Part shown: positions 45,388-55,847 of the stretch, in pieces
How positions within the stretch are numbered: position 1 is the first letter of the stretch
Layout: each line of letters opens with the position of its first letter
Notes under the pieces: model-generated
Databases searched by the model: none
Seen by the model: the letters and a program-made list of their open reading frames with translations, nothing else
Told to the model about the DNA's origin: nothing
DNA from: Candidatus Hydrogenedentota bacterium
Lineage (GTDB): Bacteria > Hydrogenedentota > Hydrogenedentia > Hydrogenedentales > SLHB01
NCBI GenBank assembly: GCA_963745075.1
Contig: CAVUWV010000014.1
Span: forward strand, 34,900 to 98,899
DNA length: 64,000 nucleotides
Direction: 5' to 3'
Made by a program: the position numbers and the translations under genes

Positions 45388-47572
45388 CGGCGGAGACGCC
45401 CTTCGAAGGTAAGGACGAAGTTCCAGAGGTTCCGTCGGTCCTACGCATGGTAAAACCCCAGGAACCGATCAGCAGCAGGAACACGCCCACGGAACCACCG
45501 GCAAACAACTTCGCTGTCCGATCGGACCACGGCATGTGCTCGTAGGCGAACGTCCATGCCAAGGCGCCGGCCAGTACGAATACCGCCATCCACCGGTAGC
45601 GGTTCTCGCGGAAGACCGTCCCGAGGACGATGCACAAACATACGAATCCGAGCCAGAGAAGCTGGACGCTGTCGTCGGGCACAAATTCGCGCACGCTCAC
45701 GAAGCCCATCGCCGCGAACAACACGGAAAGCACGCTTCGCGACAACCGTTCCATCACCGCCTGCTCGCGTTCGACGCGCCGGCCCCACAACAGCGCGCGC
45801 TCGCTCAGAACCAACAGGACGAGTATCGCGACGGGAACGCCCCACGCGTCCAACGGCGTGGACCGCAGGCTCAGTTTTGTTACGAAGGGGTCGAGGAATA
45901 CCGCAACACCCGCGCACAACGCTGCCACGCCGCTGGTTTTGATGGGTCCGTCAATGATCGCGGCCCCCATCAGAATGAATCCCAAGCCGATGGCGCAGTG
46001 AGTGACCGGCACGTACATTGGCAGGATCTGTCGATGGACGACGGTAAGCAGCATGGCGGTCGCGACGAGATAGGGCACGGCCGCGCTGAAGTAATGTTCC
46101 CAGGGATGCCCTTTCTGCAACCTATGGAGGTACTTCTCCCAGCGAAAGGCCAGGAAATAGGTATAGGCGATCACGAGTACCGTGTACGGCAGAAAGTTGG
46201 GCTGATCCGAGAACTCCGTCTTGCCGATGGCGAGGAAGAAGTAATAGCTGACGTGGCTGGCGACGACTAGCATGACGGCGCTGACTTCCAGTTGGGGAAT
46301 CCGCAGCACGAACCCGAGCACCGCAAAGCCGATGCTTTCCGCCGCTAGCATGTACGGCAGGCTGGGATGATCCCCAAAGTCGGCAATCGTGAGCACCACG
46401 ACGATGAGCGCAGCCGCGGCCCCATGGAGCAGTCCCGCGGTGGTGGAAGGCACATCCCAGAAGGAATCCGCCAGAAACCAGTGTCCGCTGAGCCGCCGTT
46501 CATGCGGATCGAGGCTGCGGATGTGCCGTTGGTAGTAGTAGGCCGCGAACACCAACAGGCCGCAGGTGGTAAGTCCATATAGCCAGTTTTCGCGAAGCGT
46601 GACGCCCGCGACCGGTACTGGCGTGCCAAGTTTCGTCGCCCGAAGCGCAAGCACCACCGTTACTGCCAGCGCGGCGAGATTAAGCACTTTCAAGACGACA
46701 ATGCCGCTCGCGTGGTAGGCCGCCGCCAGGACCAGGCATTCAATGGCCAGGGCGAGGAGCAGCCTCTCTTCGCTCAGCCGGTCCTGCAACGCCACATTGA
46801 GCAGGAGGATGGCGGTTGCCGTGAACACTTGGAACAGGTAGTTGCGGTAGGAGCCGATGGATTCCGCGAGCACAGCAAAGAACCCGGCAAGGATCGCCAG
46901 CGCGATATAGATGTACCAGCCGGAATCGGGTGCGTAGCGTTGAATGATAAGATAAAGTGACGTGCAGAATGCGACCGTATTGGCCAGCGCCACCCACATG
47001 GCACGCTTACGGGCGCGACCGGGCCGGAGGGATTCGTAAATCCCAAGCCAGGAGGCAACAGCAAAACATAATGTAAGGTATATTATACTGGTCCAGAAAA
47101 GCCCTCTGGCGCTCAGGTTCAGCGGTTCGGCTATCCCTGCAATAAAAGTCCAAAATGTAGCATAAATACAAGTAAGGCAGATTGTTATGAACGTGAGAAA
47201 GCGCCGAAAAAAATAGGCGAATAGACTGACAGTACCCAGGCACGTCAGGCCCAGCAAAGTGTAATTGATATTAAACGTCGCGAATTGCCGCCAGAGATCC
47301 TGTTCGGACCCGGAACCAGCCATCGCTTGACGAACGACGGCCGTTGCGGCGGACGCCAGAATGGCAGCCATGAGGAGGAGCAGCAGGCGTCCCAACCAGA
47401 TCCGGCGCGCCAGCGGCGGTTCCGGTGGCTTGGGGTCGCCCGCTCTGCGGCCGCTCTGCGCCAGACGCCGCCGTTCGGCCCGCAAGGATTCCACCTCACT
47501 CGACAACGCGGCGACACGCGCTTCCAACTCATGGATGCGCTGTTCTGGGTCGTGTTGCCGTTGCGAAGCCAT
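45380..47572 (-). CDS. DUF2339-like giant polytopic membrane protein with N-terminal coiled coil
   Basis: EQRIHELEARVAALSSEVESLRAERRRL, followed by about 20 hydrophobic segments. 8-nt overlap with the cca start. Confidence 0.75.
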   Translation of the reverse strand: MASQRQHDPEQRIHELEARVAALSSEVESLRAERRRLAQSGRRAGDPKPPEPPLARRIWLGRLLLLLMAAILASAATAVVRQAMAGSGSEQDLWRQFATFNINYTLLGLTCLGTVSLFAYFFRRFLTFITICLTCIYATFWTFIAGIAEPLNLSARGLFWTSIIYLTLCFAVASWLGIYESLRPGRARKRAMWVALANTVAFCTSLYLIIQRYAPDSGWYIYIALAILAGFFAVLAESIGSYRNYLFQVFTATAILLLNVALQDRLSEERLLLALAIECLVLAAAYHASGIVVLKVLNLAALAVTVVLALRATKLGTPVPVAGVTLRENWLYGLTTCGLLVFAAYYYQRHIRSLDPHERRLSGHWFLADSFWDVPSTTAGLLHGAAAALIVVVLTIADFGDHPSLPYMLAAESIGFAVLGFVLRIPQLEVSAVMLVVASHVSYYFFLAIGKTEFSDQPNFLPYTVLVIAYTYFLAFRWEKYLHRLQKGHPWEHYFSAAVPYLVATAMLLTVVHRQILPMYVPVTHCAIGLGFILMGAAIIDGPIKTSGVAALCAGVAVFLDPFVTKLSLRSTPLDAWGVPVAILVLLVLSERALLWGRRVEREQAVMERLSRSVLSVLFAAMGFVSVREFVPDDSVQLLWLGFVCLCIVLGTVFRENRYRWMAVFVLAGALAWTFAYEHMPWSDRTAKLFAGGSVGVFLLLIGSWGFTMRRTDGTSGTSSLPSKGVSADG

Positions 47573-47581
47573 CGTCGTTGC

Positions 47582-50065
47582 TTACTCTTGTGTCGCGCGC
47601 TCAACGGGTCCCGTGCACCGGAACAGCCCGGTGCCGTCGACCGGTTCGTTGGCCAAGTCCGCAAACCGTACGGGGCTGAGAAAATCCATGGGTCCACCCG
47701 TAACGGTAACAAATCCGTTGTGCTGGGTGATAGTGCGGGCATGGGGCGCGGTCGTTACTACGTAATGGTGCGTCTGGCCCGGCCGGACCTTGACAGCCAC
47801 CACGAATCCGACCGACCCGTCCGCCGCCCGGTACGTTTGATACCAGTCGTTCCCGTAAATCTGCTGGTCGTGGAAGAGCCACTGGTCGCCCTGTTTTTCC
47901 CAAAGCATGAGGCCCCGGTAGCTCTTGAATCCTTCGACGAGAATCGGGGTCCAGTTGTCGCCGCCGGTCAGCGTAAACTCCGCGAACCCGCGGGGATCGG
48001 CTTTGACACGGCGGGGATATCCCGGAGCCGCTTCGCCATGCTCGACCTCAACCTTCGCCAACCCTTTGCCGTAAAGCGTGCATTGCTTTTCGGCGGGACG
48101 GTAATCCGAGTTTTGGTCGCCATACGGCATCACGAACAAATGGGCTTCAAGGTGGTCGCCCGCATCAAGTCGGGTCAGGTTTGACGGAGCGGTGAGAAAC
48201 ATTTCCGTCCATTTGGCGCCGCCGAAGCAGCTCAGTCCGAAATTATCGATGGGTTTGCCACCCAAGGTCCCCGATACGCGGTTCACAACAAAGGCCATAT
48301 TCCCATTCGGATGGGCGTAGGCCGCGGTAAAGGACGGCATCGCCTTCCCCATGGGCATGGCCTCCAGCGCCCAACGGTCGTCGGCGGGCAAATCGACCGT
48401 AACGGTGGATCCGTTTTCGGCCGTATAGGCGACGTGCGGCCAGACCGTGTGAACGATATACGCGCCGGCGTTCAGAAAGCGAAGGTTCCGCGCACTGCCA
48501 CCGTCGATGTCAACCGGCTCGACCACATCCACGAGCATCTTGACAAAGCTGCGCGCCTCGTCGTCTTGCGGTGCTTCGAAAACCTCCAGCGTGGTTTTGA
48601 TCTTTCCGTCTTCCGAGAGATAGTCCAGCGCGAAGTTGGCGAGGTTGGGCGACGTCAGGTATATGCGCGTGTCCTGTAGAAGATTGTTGATCCACTTGCC
48701 GTCGGACTTGTACCGCAACGCTCCCACCACGGAGACGTGATCGTGCTGGGGCTGCCCCGGCCACATGTCCTTGCTGAGTCCGCGGACATCCGCCATGAAG
48801 TAGTTGCGATTGTCGTCGCGAGGATATTCGAACGGCACGTAGCAGAAGGTTTCCGTAGGCCCCAACGATGCGTGGAAATAGTGGTGATAGAACCGGATCG
48901 ACGAGATTTGTTTGAGTGGATGGGTGCCCCAGTTTCCGAAAAGGTGGTAGACCCTTCCGCTGAATGGCGTTCTTGGTGAGACCGGAATCGGTACGTAGGA
49001 TTCCCCGTACGACGCGTCGCCTTCCGCTTTGCCTTCCTCTTTCTCGCCGCCGAAGTTTTTGGATACTTGGACCTGGACGGGCAAGGGATAGCCGTCCGAA
49101 TCTGTCAGCACGGCGGCTTCGAGGACGCCATAGTCGTTGCGAACATTACAGATCAGATCGGCGGGCGGCATGTCGTCCGGGGCGGAGACGGTCAAGTCGA
49201 CCTCGTACCGCTGGTTCGGATTAGTCCACGCGGTCTCAAAACTCCGTGGACCCCGGAATTCGGTCGTAATCTGGTAAAAACCTTTCAACGGTTGATAGCC
49301 ATCAAATCGGCCGCCAAAAACCATGAACTCGAAATCGGCCGCGCGCGTTTCGATTTGGGCCAGCCGGGCCAAGTCTTCGAACGACTCGCCCGCCGCAAGG
49401 ATTACCGCCGCCGTCCGCGTTCCTCTGTAGGCGGCGGGATAGCGGGATCCGGTCAGCAACCGCTCGGGCGGTTTCAGCGCGATGCGGGTTGGCACGCCGT
49501 CGCCCTCGGGAGTGCGTTGGCGCGGTACGAACGCCGCAACGCGCGGTTTACCCCCAAGCGCTTCGAGTTTGGCGACCGGATCGTCCTCGGGATTGACGAT
49601 TTCAATCGACTTCGTGACCGTACCCAGCCATCCGATTTCCAAATCGCGACTTTTCCCGTGAGGGGTTACGTGTATGTTGGCGAAGACCCGTTTGGCATAG
49701 CAATACAGTGCGATTTCGATGTCCGCATCGAGATCCGTCCAGTGCAGATCCCGGAGATGGATCTCATACATCTGGGTGCCGAAACTGTAGACATTGATGC
49801 GACCCGGACCTTTCACGGCGCCGGTGTTCATAATGGGGAGGAGGGCATACTCACCGATGAGCGTTTCGTCGCGGGACTGGAACTGGGTGATCGCGGCAAC
49901 GTTCCGATCGAGATGAAGCGTGTAGGTTTGTCCTTCGACAACCAGAACGTTTCGGTCGGGGGACGCATAATGCACCGAAACCGCCGCTTGGTCGTCCGTC
50001 GGGGCAAACCCGAGTGCAGAAACCGCCAACCCAATCCAACACGTAATACCCAACCAGCGTCGCAC
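47582..50065 (-). CDS. Large secreted protein, unknown function (827 aa)
   Basis: AAGGAG RBS then GTG at 50065. Signal peptide MRRWLGITCWIGLAVSALGFA. No motif I can assign. Confidence 0.75.
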   Translation of the reverse strand: MRRWLGITCWIGLAVSALGFAPTDDQAAVSVHYASPDRNVLVVEGQTYTLHLDRNVAAITQFQSRDETLIGEYALLPIMNTGAVKGPGRINVYSFGTQMYEIHLRDLHWTDLDADIEIALYCYAKRVFANIHVTPHGKSRDLEIGWLGTVTKSIEIVNPEDDPVAKLEALGGKPRVAAFVPRQRTPEGDGVPTRIALKPPERLLTGSRYPAAYRGTRTAAVILAAGESFEDLARLAQIETRAADFEFMVFGGRFDGYQPLKGFYQITTEFRGPRSFETAWTNPNQRYEVDLTVSAPDDMPPADLICNVRNDYGVLEAAVLTDSDGYPLPVQVQVSKNFGGEKEEGKAEGDASYGESYVPIPVSPRTPFSGRVYHLFGNWGTHPLKQISSIRFYHHYFHASLGPTETFCYVPFEYPRDDNRNYFMADVRGLSKDMWPGQPQHDHVSVVGALRYKSDGKWINNLLQDTRIYLTSPNLANFALDYLSEDGKIKTTLEVFEAPQDDEARSFVKMLVDVVEPVDIDGGSARNLRFLNAGAYIVHTVWPHVAYTAENGSTVTVDLPADDRWALEAMPMGKAMPSFTAAYAHPNGNMAFVVNRVSGTLGGKPIDNFGLSCFGGAKWTEMFLTAPSNLTRLDAGDHLEAHLFVMPYGDQNSDYRPAEKQCTLYGKGLAKVEVEHGEAAPGYPRRVKADPRGFAEFTLTGGDNWTPILVEGFKSYRGLMLWEKQGDQWLFHDQQIYGNDWYQTYRAADGSVGFVVAVKVRPGQTHHYVVTTAPHARTITQHNGFVTVTGGPMDFLSPVRFADLANEPVDGTGLFRCTGPVERATQE

Positions 50066-50201
50066 CGCGAACTCCTTTCCAAACCGCTGAACCGCAAGGC
50101 ATTGTAACGCGCATCCCCCTGCAATTCCATCATTTGAACGCCGTTCTAAGCGCCCCTATACTTGCGGCATCGTCGGCGTGGGTTTGGATGGGAGAAGAAC
50201 G

Positions 50202-50369
50202 ATGACGCTCATTGGAATTATTATGGCCATTGTGGGACTTGCCGGGTTGCTCGTGAACGTCTCGGGGATCTACGTGATGACCGGCATGGCTGGAGACCTG
50301 CGCATCTGGGGCGGGGTCGCCATCGTCGGCGCCGTGATTGCCATGCTCACGCGCCGGGCGCGCGACTAA
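50202..50369 (+). CDS. Small two-helix membrane protein (55 aa)
   Basis: GGGAGAAG then ATG at 50202. Two hydrophobic helices. Confidence 0.5.
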   Translation: MTLIGIIMAIVGLAGLLVNVSGIYVMTGMAGDLRIWGGVAIVGAVIAMLTRRARD

Positions 50370-50396
50370 ATCCTAAGGAAGACTGGGGGGAATAGC

Positions 50397-52544
50397 ATGT
50401 CGATGAAGTTGCAGCGTTTCGCGATCGTCTTCGCGGTGTTCTTTGTCCCGTATCTTGCCGCCGCAGACGATTTTGCGCCACGCATTGAGACTTTGAAAAT
50501 GCATCTGGAGCGCCTTCACGCGATCACCGTGACGGCGGACGTTCAGGACGAGAAGGAGGAAAAGCTGAAAGCCCTGGGCGTGGAGTTGGATGCCGGGGCC
50601 GATTCGGACGAAGCGTTTAACACGCTCTACCGCGACATGGACGCTGTCCGCATGTGGCTTTGGGACCATGCCGCGAACAAACCGCAGGTGGCCGAGGGAA
50701 CGTTTAACGAATCCGCCGACGCGTGGACGGTCACCACGCCAGATCTCCGGCTCGGGGTAAGCCGTTCGGACCTGTCCATGGCGATCAAGACGCCGGAAAC
50801 GGAGTGGCGCTTTCTTCCCAGCGACGATCACGACGTGGAACTCCAGGACCAGTCCTTCGCGTTGACGTCCGCCCAACAGGTCCAGGCCGAGGAGTTTCGC
50901 ACCGGCTACAGCGCGGGAATGATTCTGACGCTGTCCGATTTTCCCGCCGCGCCGGAACTCGTGTTGCGGCTGACCAGCAATCTCATCGGCAACGAGGTGG
51001 TGTTTGAACTTGCGGCCGTCGACGATTCGGTCACGGTCAATGCCATCAATTGGCCCAAAGCCGTCGAGACGGGTGCGACCGAGACCGACTTCGCCGTTAT
51101 CCCCAATATGCAGGGCATGCTGCTCCCCGGCAATTCACCGCAGGAATTCCACGAATCGAGCCTCTGCAATTCCCGGTCGCTGTACATGCCGTGGTGGGGC
51201 CAGATCCGCGACGGGCACGGCGTGGAGACTATCCTCGAAACCAGCGACGACGCCGGTGCGGTGTACGACCATGCGCCCGGCGGTCCGACGATCATGCGCC
51301 CCCGCTGGTACGCCAGCATGGGGAAGGTTCGGTATCTGCGGACGATCCGGTATGTCTTTGATGATGAATCGACTTATGTGCGCATGGCGAAGCGGTACCG
51401 GCGCTACGTCAAGGAAGACGGGCGCCTCGTCACGCTGGCCGAAAAACGGGTTCGTACACCCAACCTCGACGAAGTCATCGGCCGTCCCGTTGTGCACATC
51501 GGTGCGCTGTATCATTTCGTACAGGAAGCGGCATTGTTCAATAAGGAGCGCATCGAAGCGAATCACAGCCTGAATACCTTCGACCACCTCGCCGAGGGAC
51601 TGCGCGGCCTGAAGAAACGAGGCATCGTCGACGCCTACGTGCACCTCGACGGTTGGGGGTTCTACGGTTATGACAATGGGCACCCGGACGTGCTGCCGCC
51701 CGGTGAAGAGCAGGGGGGATGGGACGGTCTGCGCCGCTTCGCGGATACCTGCGACGATCTCGGCTACCTCTTTGCCGTGCACGATCAGTACCGCGACTTC
51801 TACTTGAACGCCGTGTCCTTTGACGACCGGCTGGCCGCGTACCGGTTTGACGGTAGTCGCGAGGAAAGCTCGACGTGGTGCGGCGGTCCGCAGACGATTT
51901 TGAGCAGCCGTTTCGCCCCGGGCTACGTTCGCCGCAATCACGATCTGTTCGCTTCGCACGGTATCAAGGTCAAAGGCGCATATCTGGACGTGTTTTCCGT
52001 GGTCCCGTTGGAAGAGAGTTCGGCGCCGGCCCATCCCGTCACGCGCAGCGAGTGCGCCCACTATCGCCAGCAATGTTTCGATCTGCTGCGCGCGCGGGGA
52101 TACGTTGTCAGCTCCGAAGAGCCGTCGGATTATTTGGCTTCGCACCTCGACCTCGTCCACCACGGGCCCTACGGGACCTATCCTCACTACGGCGGTGGCG
52201 ATGCGCGCGGTATTCCCGTCCCGTTATGGAATTTGGTCTACCATGACTGCCTGCTCCTTCCCTGGGAAATGGGAGAGGACGGTGGCTGGGGTATCCCCAA
52301 AGGTGACGCAGGTTGGCTCCATTGTCTGTTGAACGCGGGCCTGCCCTACGTGGGCCTCACGCCCAACGAAGAACAAGTCGCGCGTGTGAAAGAAGCCGCT
52401 GCGTTAAATCAGCGCCTCGCCACAAAGGAAATGGTCAATCACGAGTTCCTCGACAATACGTATCGCAAGCAGCGCACGACCTATGCCGACGGCACGACGG
52501 TGACGATTGACCTCGACGCGAAGACGTATACGATGAACCCGTAG
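50397..52544 (+). CDS. Secreted protein, putative glycoside-hydrolase-like (715 aa)
   Basis: Signal peptide MKLQRFAIVFAVFFVPYLAAA. VHLDGWGFYGYDNGHPDVLP and AYLDVFS segments resemble TIM-barrel glycosidase-like DUFs. The functional call is weak. Confidence 0.6.
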   Translation: MSMKLQRFAIVFAVFFVPYLAAADDFAPRIETLKMHLERLHAITVTADVQDEKEEKLKALGVELDAGADSDEAFNTLYRDMDAVRMWLWDHAANKPQVAEGTFNESADAWTVTTPDLRLGVSRSDLSMAIKTPETEWRFLPSDDHDVELQDQSFALTSAQQVQAEEFRTGYSAGMILTLSDFPAAPELVLRLTSNLIGNEVVFELAAVDDSVTVNAINWPKAVETGATETDFAVIPNMQGMLLPGNSPQEFHESSLCNSRSLYMPWWGQIRDGHGVETILETSDDAGAVYDHAPGGPTIMRPRWYASMGKVRYLRTIRYVFDDESTYVRMAKRYRRYVKEDGRLVTLAEKRVRTPNLDEVIGRPVVHIGALYHFVQEAALFNKERIEANHSLNTFDHLAEGLRGLKKRGIVDAYVHLDGWGFYGYDNGHPDVLPPGEEQGGWDGLRRFADTCDDLGYLFAVHDQYRDFYLNAVSFDDRLAAYRFDGSREESSTWCGGPQTILSSRFAPGYVRRNHDLFASHGIKVKGAYLDVFSVVPLEESSAPAHPVTRSECAHYRQQCFDLLRARGYVVSSEEPSDYLASHLDLVHHGPYGTYPHYGGGDARGIPVPLWNLVYHDCLLLPWEMGEDGGWGIPKGDAGWLHCLLNAGLPYVGLTPNEEQVARVKEAAALNQRLATKEMVNHEFLDNTYRKQRTTYADGTTVTIDLDAKTYTMNP

Positions 52545-52611
52545 CGCAGGCGTCTCGCCTGCATCTTTTTCTTATCGTGACAAGGTCGCTATAATCTACT
52601 TTTCAAACGCT

Positions 52612-53706
52612 TTGTCGAGCCAGGATTGTCCATTGCCTGATTACAAAAATGACCTGTTTGTTCGCGCCGCGCGAGGCGAAAAGACGCCCCGGACCCCGAT
52701 CTGGATGATGCGCCAAGCGGGCCGCACCGATCCCGAGTACAACAAGCTCAAGGAAGAATCCGGCCTGCCCTTGCACGAGTTGTTTCGGCATCCGGAACTG
52801 GCGGCGCAGATCTCGCTTCTTCCCAAACGCATCGGTGTGGACGCGATCATCTACTTTCAGGACATCCTGACGCCGCTCGCGCCCATGGGGGCTGAATTCA
52901 TCTTCAATTCGGGTCCGGAGTTCGAGAAGGATTTTCGCAAAGTCGCCGCGGTGGATGCGCTCCAACTTTTCGATGTGGCCGACGAATTGCCGTTCATCCC
53001 CGAAACGTTTCGCCTGGTACACGAGTCCCTGAGCGGCGAATTGCCGGTACTCGGATTCGCGGGAGCCCCACTGACGCTCGCGGTGTTCATGATCCAGGGC
53101 GGGAGTTTTGGTGCGCATGCCGACGCCGCACTATCCTTCATGCGCGAGGAACCCGCCACGCTTCATCGGTTACTCGACAAACTAGCCGACATGACCGTCG
53201 ACTATCTTACGCTCCAGATCAATGCGGGTGCCGCAGCGTGGCAGCTCTTCGAATCCGCGGCCTACTTGTTCTCCGTGGAGCAGTACCGTGAGTTCGCATT
53301 ACCGTATCAACAGCGCGTCTTCGACGCCTTGCGCGGGCACGTGCCTTCCATCATGTTTGCCCGGGACTGGTCCGACCTCGATACGCTCGACGCCTCCGGC
53401 GCGGACATTCTCAGCCTCGCGAAAGAACCCAGCATCGCCGACACGCGCGAACGGTTGGGGAACGATCGGGTACTGCAAGGGAACCTCGATAACAAGCTGC
53501 TGGCGACGGGGACCAAAGAAGCGATCGCCGATGCCGCGCGGGACTGCATTCGCCAAGGCGAGCACCGGGGCCACATTTTTAATTTGAGTCACGGTTTGCT
53601 TCGCGAAACGCCCTTCGAGAATGTGTGTTACCTCGTAGACGTTGTGAAGCGTACGGAGCTCGACGGTGGCTTGCAGAACTCTGGATTCCCGCTTTCGCGG
53701 GAATGA
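52612..53706 (+). CDS. hemE: Uroporphyrinogen decarboxylase
   Basis: NDLFVRAARGE..PIWMMRQAGRTDPEY and IIYFQDILTPL are canonical HemE motifs. Start uncertain (TTG at 52612 or TTG near 52633). Confidence 0.9.
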   Translation: MSSQDCPLPDYKNDLFVRAARGEKTPRTPIWMMRQAGRTDPEYNKLKEESGLPLHELFRHPELAAQISLLPKRIGVDAIIYFQDILTPLAPMGAEFIFNSGPEFEKDFRKVAAVDALQLFDVADELPFIPETFRLVHESLSGELPVLGFAGAPLTLAVFMIQGGSFGAHADAALSFMREEPATLHRLLDKLADMTVDYLTLQINAGAAAWQLFESAAYLFSVEQYREFALPYQQRVFDALRGHVPSIMFARDWSDLDTLDASGADILSLAKEPSIADTRERLGNDRVLQGNLDNKLLATGTKEAIADAARDCIRQGEHRGHIFNLSHGLLRETPFENVCYLVDVVKRTELDGGLQNSGFPLSRE

Positions 53707-53742
53707 CGGGGTCAGTGATTCGCGGTGTGTACACCCTCACCG

Positions 53743-55744
53743 TCATTCCCGCAGGTGCGCAAGCCGCTCCGGGTCGACGCCCATCCGGTAGCCTAAAAGG
53801 ATGAGCCGGTGCTTGAGCGTGAGCCGCCAGGCCCCAGCCGTTTCCCAACGCCGCGCGGAAGTAACTGCGACGGAATCTGCGATGCGTACCGAGCCCAGAT
53901 CGCGTAACCGCTGAACCAGCTCGTAGTCCTCGAGCACCGGCATCTCGGGGTATCCTCCGAATGACTGGAACGTCTCGCGCCGTACGAAGATCGCCTGATC
54001 GCCATACGGTAGCGGTCGCGTCCGCGAACGCAGGTTGGCCCCCCATTCGATAATGCGATACGCGAAACGGTTGCTGTCTATTCCAAACTGAAACGCGCCG
54101 GCACTCGTGCCTGATTCCGAAAGGAGACGATTCACGTCGGCCAGATAGCCTTGCGGCAATCGGGTATCGGCATGAAGAAACATCAAGACTTCCCCGCGCG
54201 CCGCGGCGGCGCCCGCGTTCATTTGCAGCGCCCGACCTCGCGCGGCGCATACGACCTGCGCGCCGTAGGTTTCCGCGAGGCTCACCGTCGTGTCCGAACT
54301 GCCGCCGTCGACGACGATGACTTCCACGTCCCGGTGATTCCCAATCGCTGCGAGCGTGGCGCCGATGCAGCGGGCCTCGTTCAACGCGGGGATGACGATA
54401 GAGAGAAAGGGTTGCTCCGGGGGCGCGGCGGGTCCGCACTTCTCCCATGTTGGCAGATCCTCGGTGGTATCCACATCTCGCATCGAACGCAATTGGCCTA
54501 TGGACAGATTGGCGGCTCGTGCGCGCGCCATGGTGGTCTCGAATACGGAATCGGTTCCCCAAACGATTTCGCCGAACAGTTGTGCGACCGGCTGTCGCAA
54601 ACCGACCAAATAATACCCCCCGTCATCCGTTGGCCCTAGCACCAAATCGTGGGTCCGAAGCATGGCGAATGCTTTTCGAATCAGTGCTGGCGACAAGCCT
54701 GGGCAGTCCGTTCCCACAATCACCGTGCGTTTTATTCCGTCATGGAAGGCCTGTGAAAAGACTTCGTGCATGCGATCGCCGAGGTCGCCCGGCACCTGCT
54801 CACGATAGGTGAGATCCGGCCCGAGCCAGGCCGTCATCTCGGATTCATTACCTCCCGTATAGTGCACTTGGAGATTCGTTCGTCCATACGGAACGCTTGC
54901 CGTGCGGTACGAAGCGTCCACGTCGCCATCTGCCGGTGCACGGCCGACGCTCCCTCGGAACCCAGCGCCGGAATGAGGCGCGTTTTGGCACGGCCCGTGA
55001 CGGGGTATCGCGTAAACACGACCAATCGCTCGGACGGTTGGGCAGTGCTTTCACGGCGAGAGACTGCTTCTCTGAATATCGTATAGAGGATTTTTGCGCC
55101 CGCGCTGACGACGCCACGGAGGGTTCCCGAAATCTTCGAAGTACCGATCCGCTTCCGGTATGACACGGGGATCTCGATGGACCGTATGCGCCGTTTGGCG
55201 GCTTTCACTTGAAGTTCGACCGTCCACCCCCAGTTTCGATCTGCCATCTCCAGTTCGAGTAAAGTCGACCATCGAATCGCCCGGAACGGTCCGAGGTCTG
55301 TGTGCCGTACCCCGTAGAGCCAGCGCATGAGCAGACAGGCCAGTCCAATTGCCGTACCGTTGTTGCGGGGTGAGCGCGCCGGGTTCGCAACTGCCCAATA
55401 CGCGGGATCCAATCACGATTTCGGTATCTCCAGACAGAATCGGATCGACCAATTGGGCCATTTCGGCGGGATCGTCACTGTAGTCCGCGTCGAGAAAGAC
55501 GACTACATCGGGCGATTCCAGCACGGTCCATGGCTCGCAGACACGCGGCGCCGTAACCCCGTTCGGGTTCGTGGACGACCCGCACGCCATGTTGCGCCGC
55601 CACGTCCGCTGTCCGGTCGGTGGACGCGTTGTCGGCGACCACGATCTGGTCCACCCAGGCGGGAATATCGTCGAGCACCCGGCCTATCGAGGCTTCTTCG
55701 TTGTACGCCGGTATGATGACCGCTATTCTGGCGTTCGTACGCAT
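53743..55744 (-). pseudogene. Tri-domain fusion GT2 (Dpm1-like) - DUF2064 (TIGR04282-like) - GT2 (TIGR04283-like), three frame breaks
   Basis: The sense sequence runs 55744 -> 53743 through four track ORFs with no stop between domains: IAVIIPAYNEE.. / VVVFLDADYSDDP.. / GPFRAIRW..SKISG..ERLVVFTRYPVTGRAKTRL / GDLGDRM..IVGTDCP..LSIVIPALNEA..FLHADT. Breaks lie near 55517-55522, 55346-55351 and 54875-54895. Confidence 0.75.
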
Positions 55745-55847
55745 TTGCGCCGGTTATAGAGCAACCGAGTACGCGATACAAGCGGACCGGCCTTGCCTGC
55801 CTGTACCTGCAACCGATATAACAAACGCAGAAGGAGGGTCCCCCACG

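Noticed and set aside
53579-54562. 327-aa minus-strand ORF in an alternative frame of the GT fusion; likewise 40478-41083 within the helicase
   Set aside because: They are Arg-rich nonsense translations. The overlapping frames carry the GT2, DUF2064 and helicase motifs.
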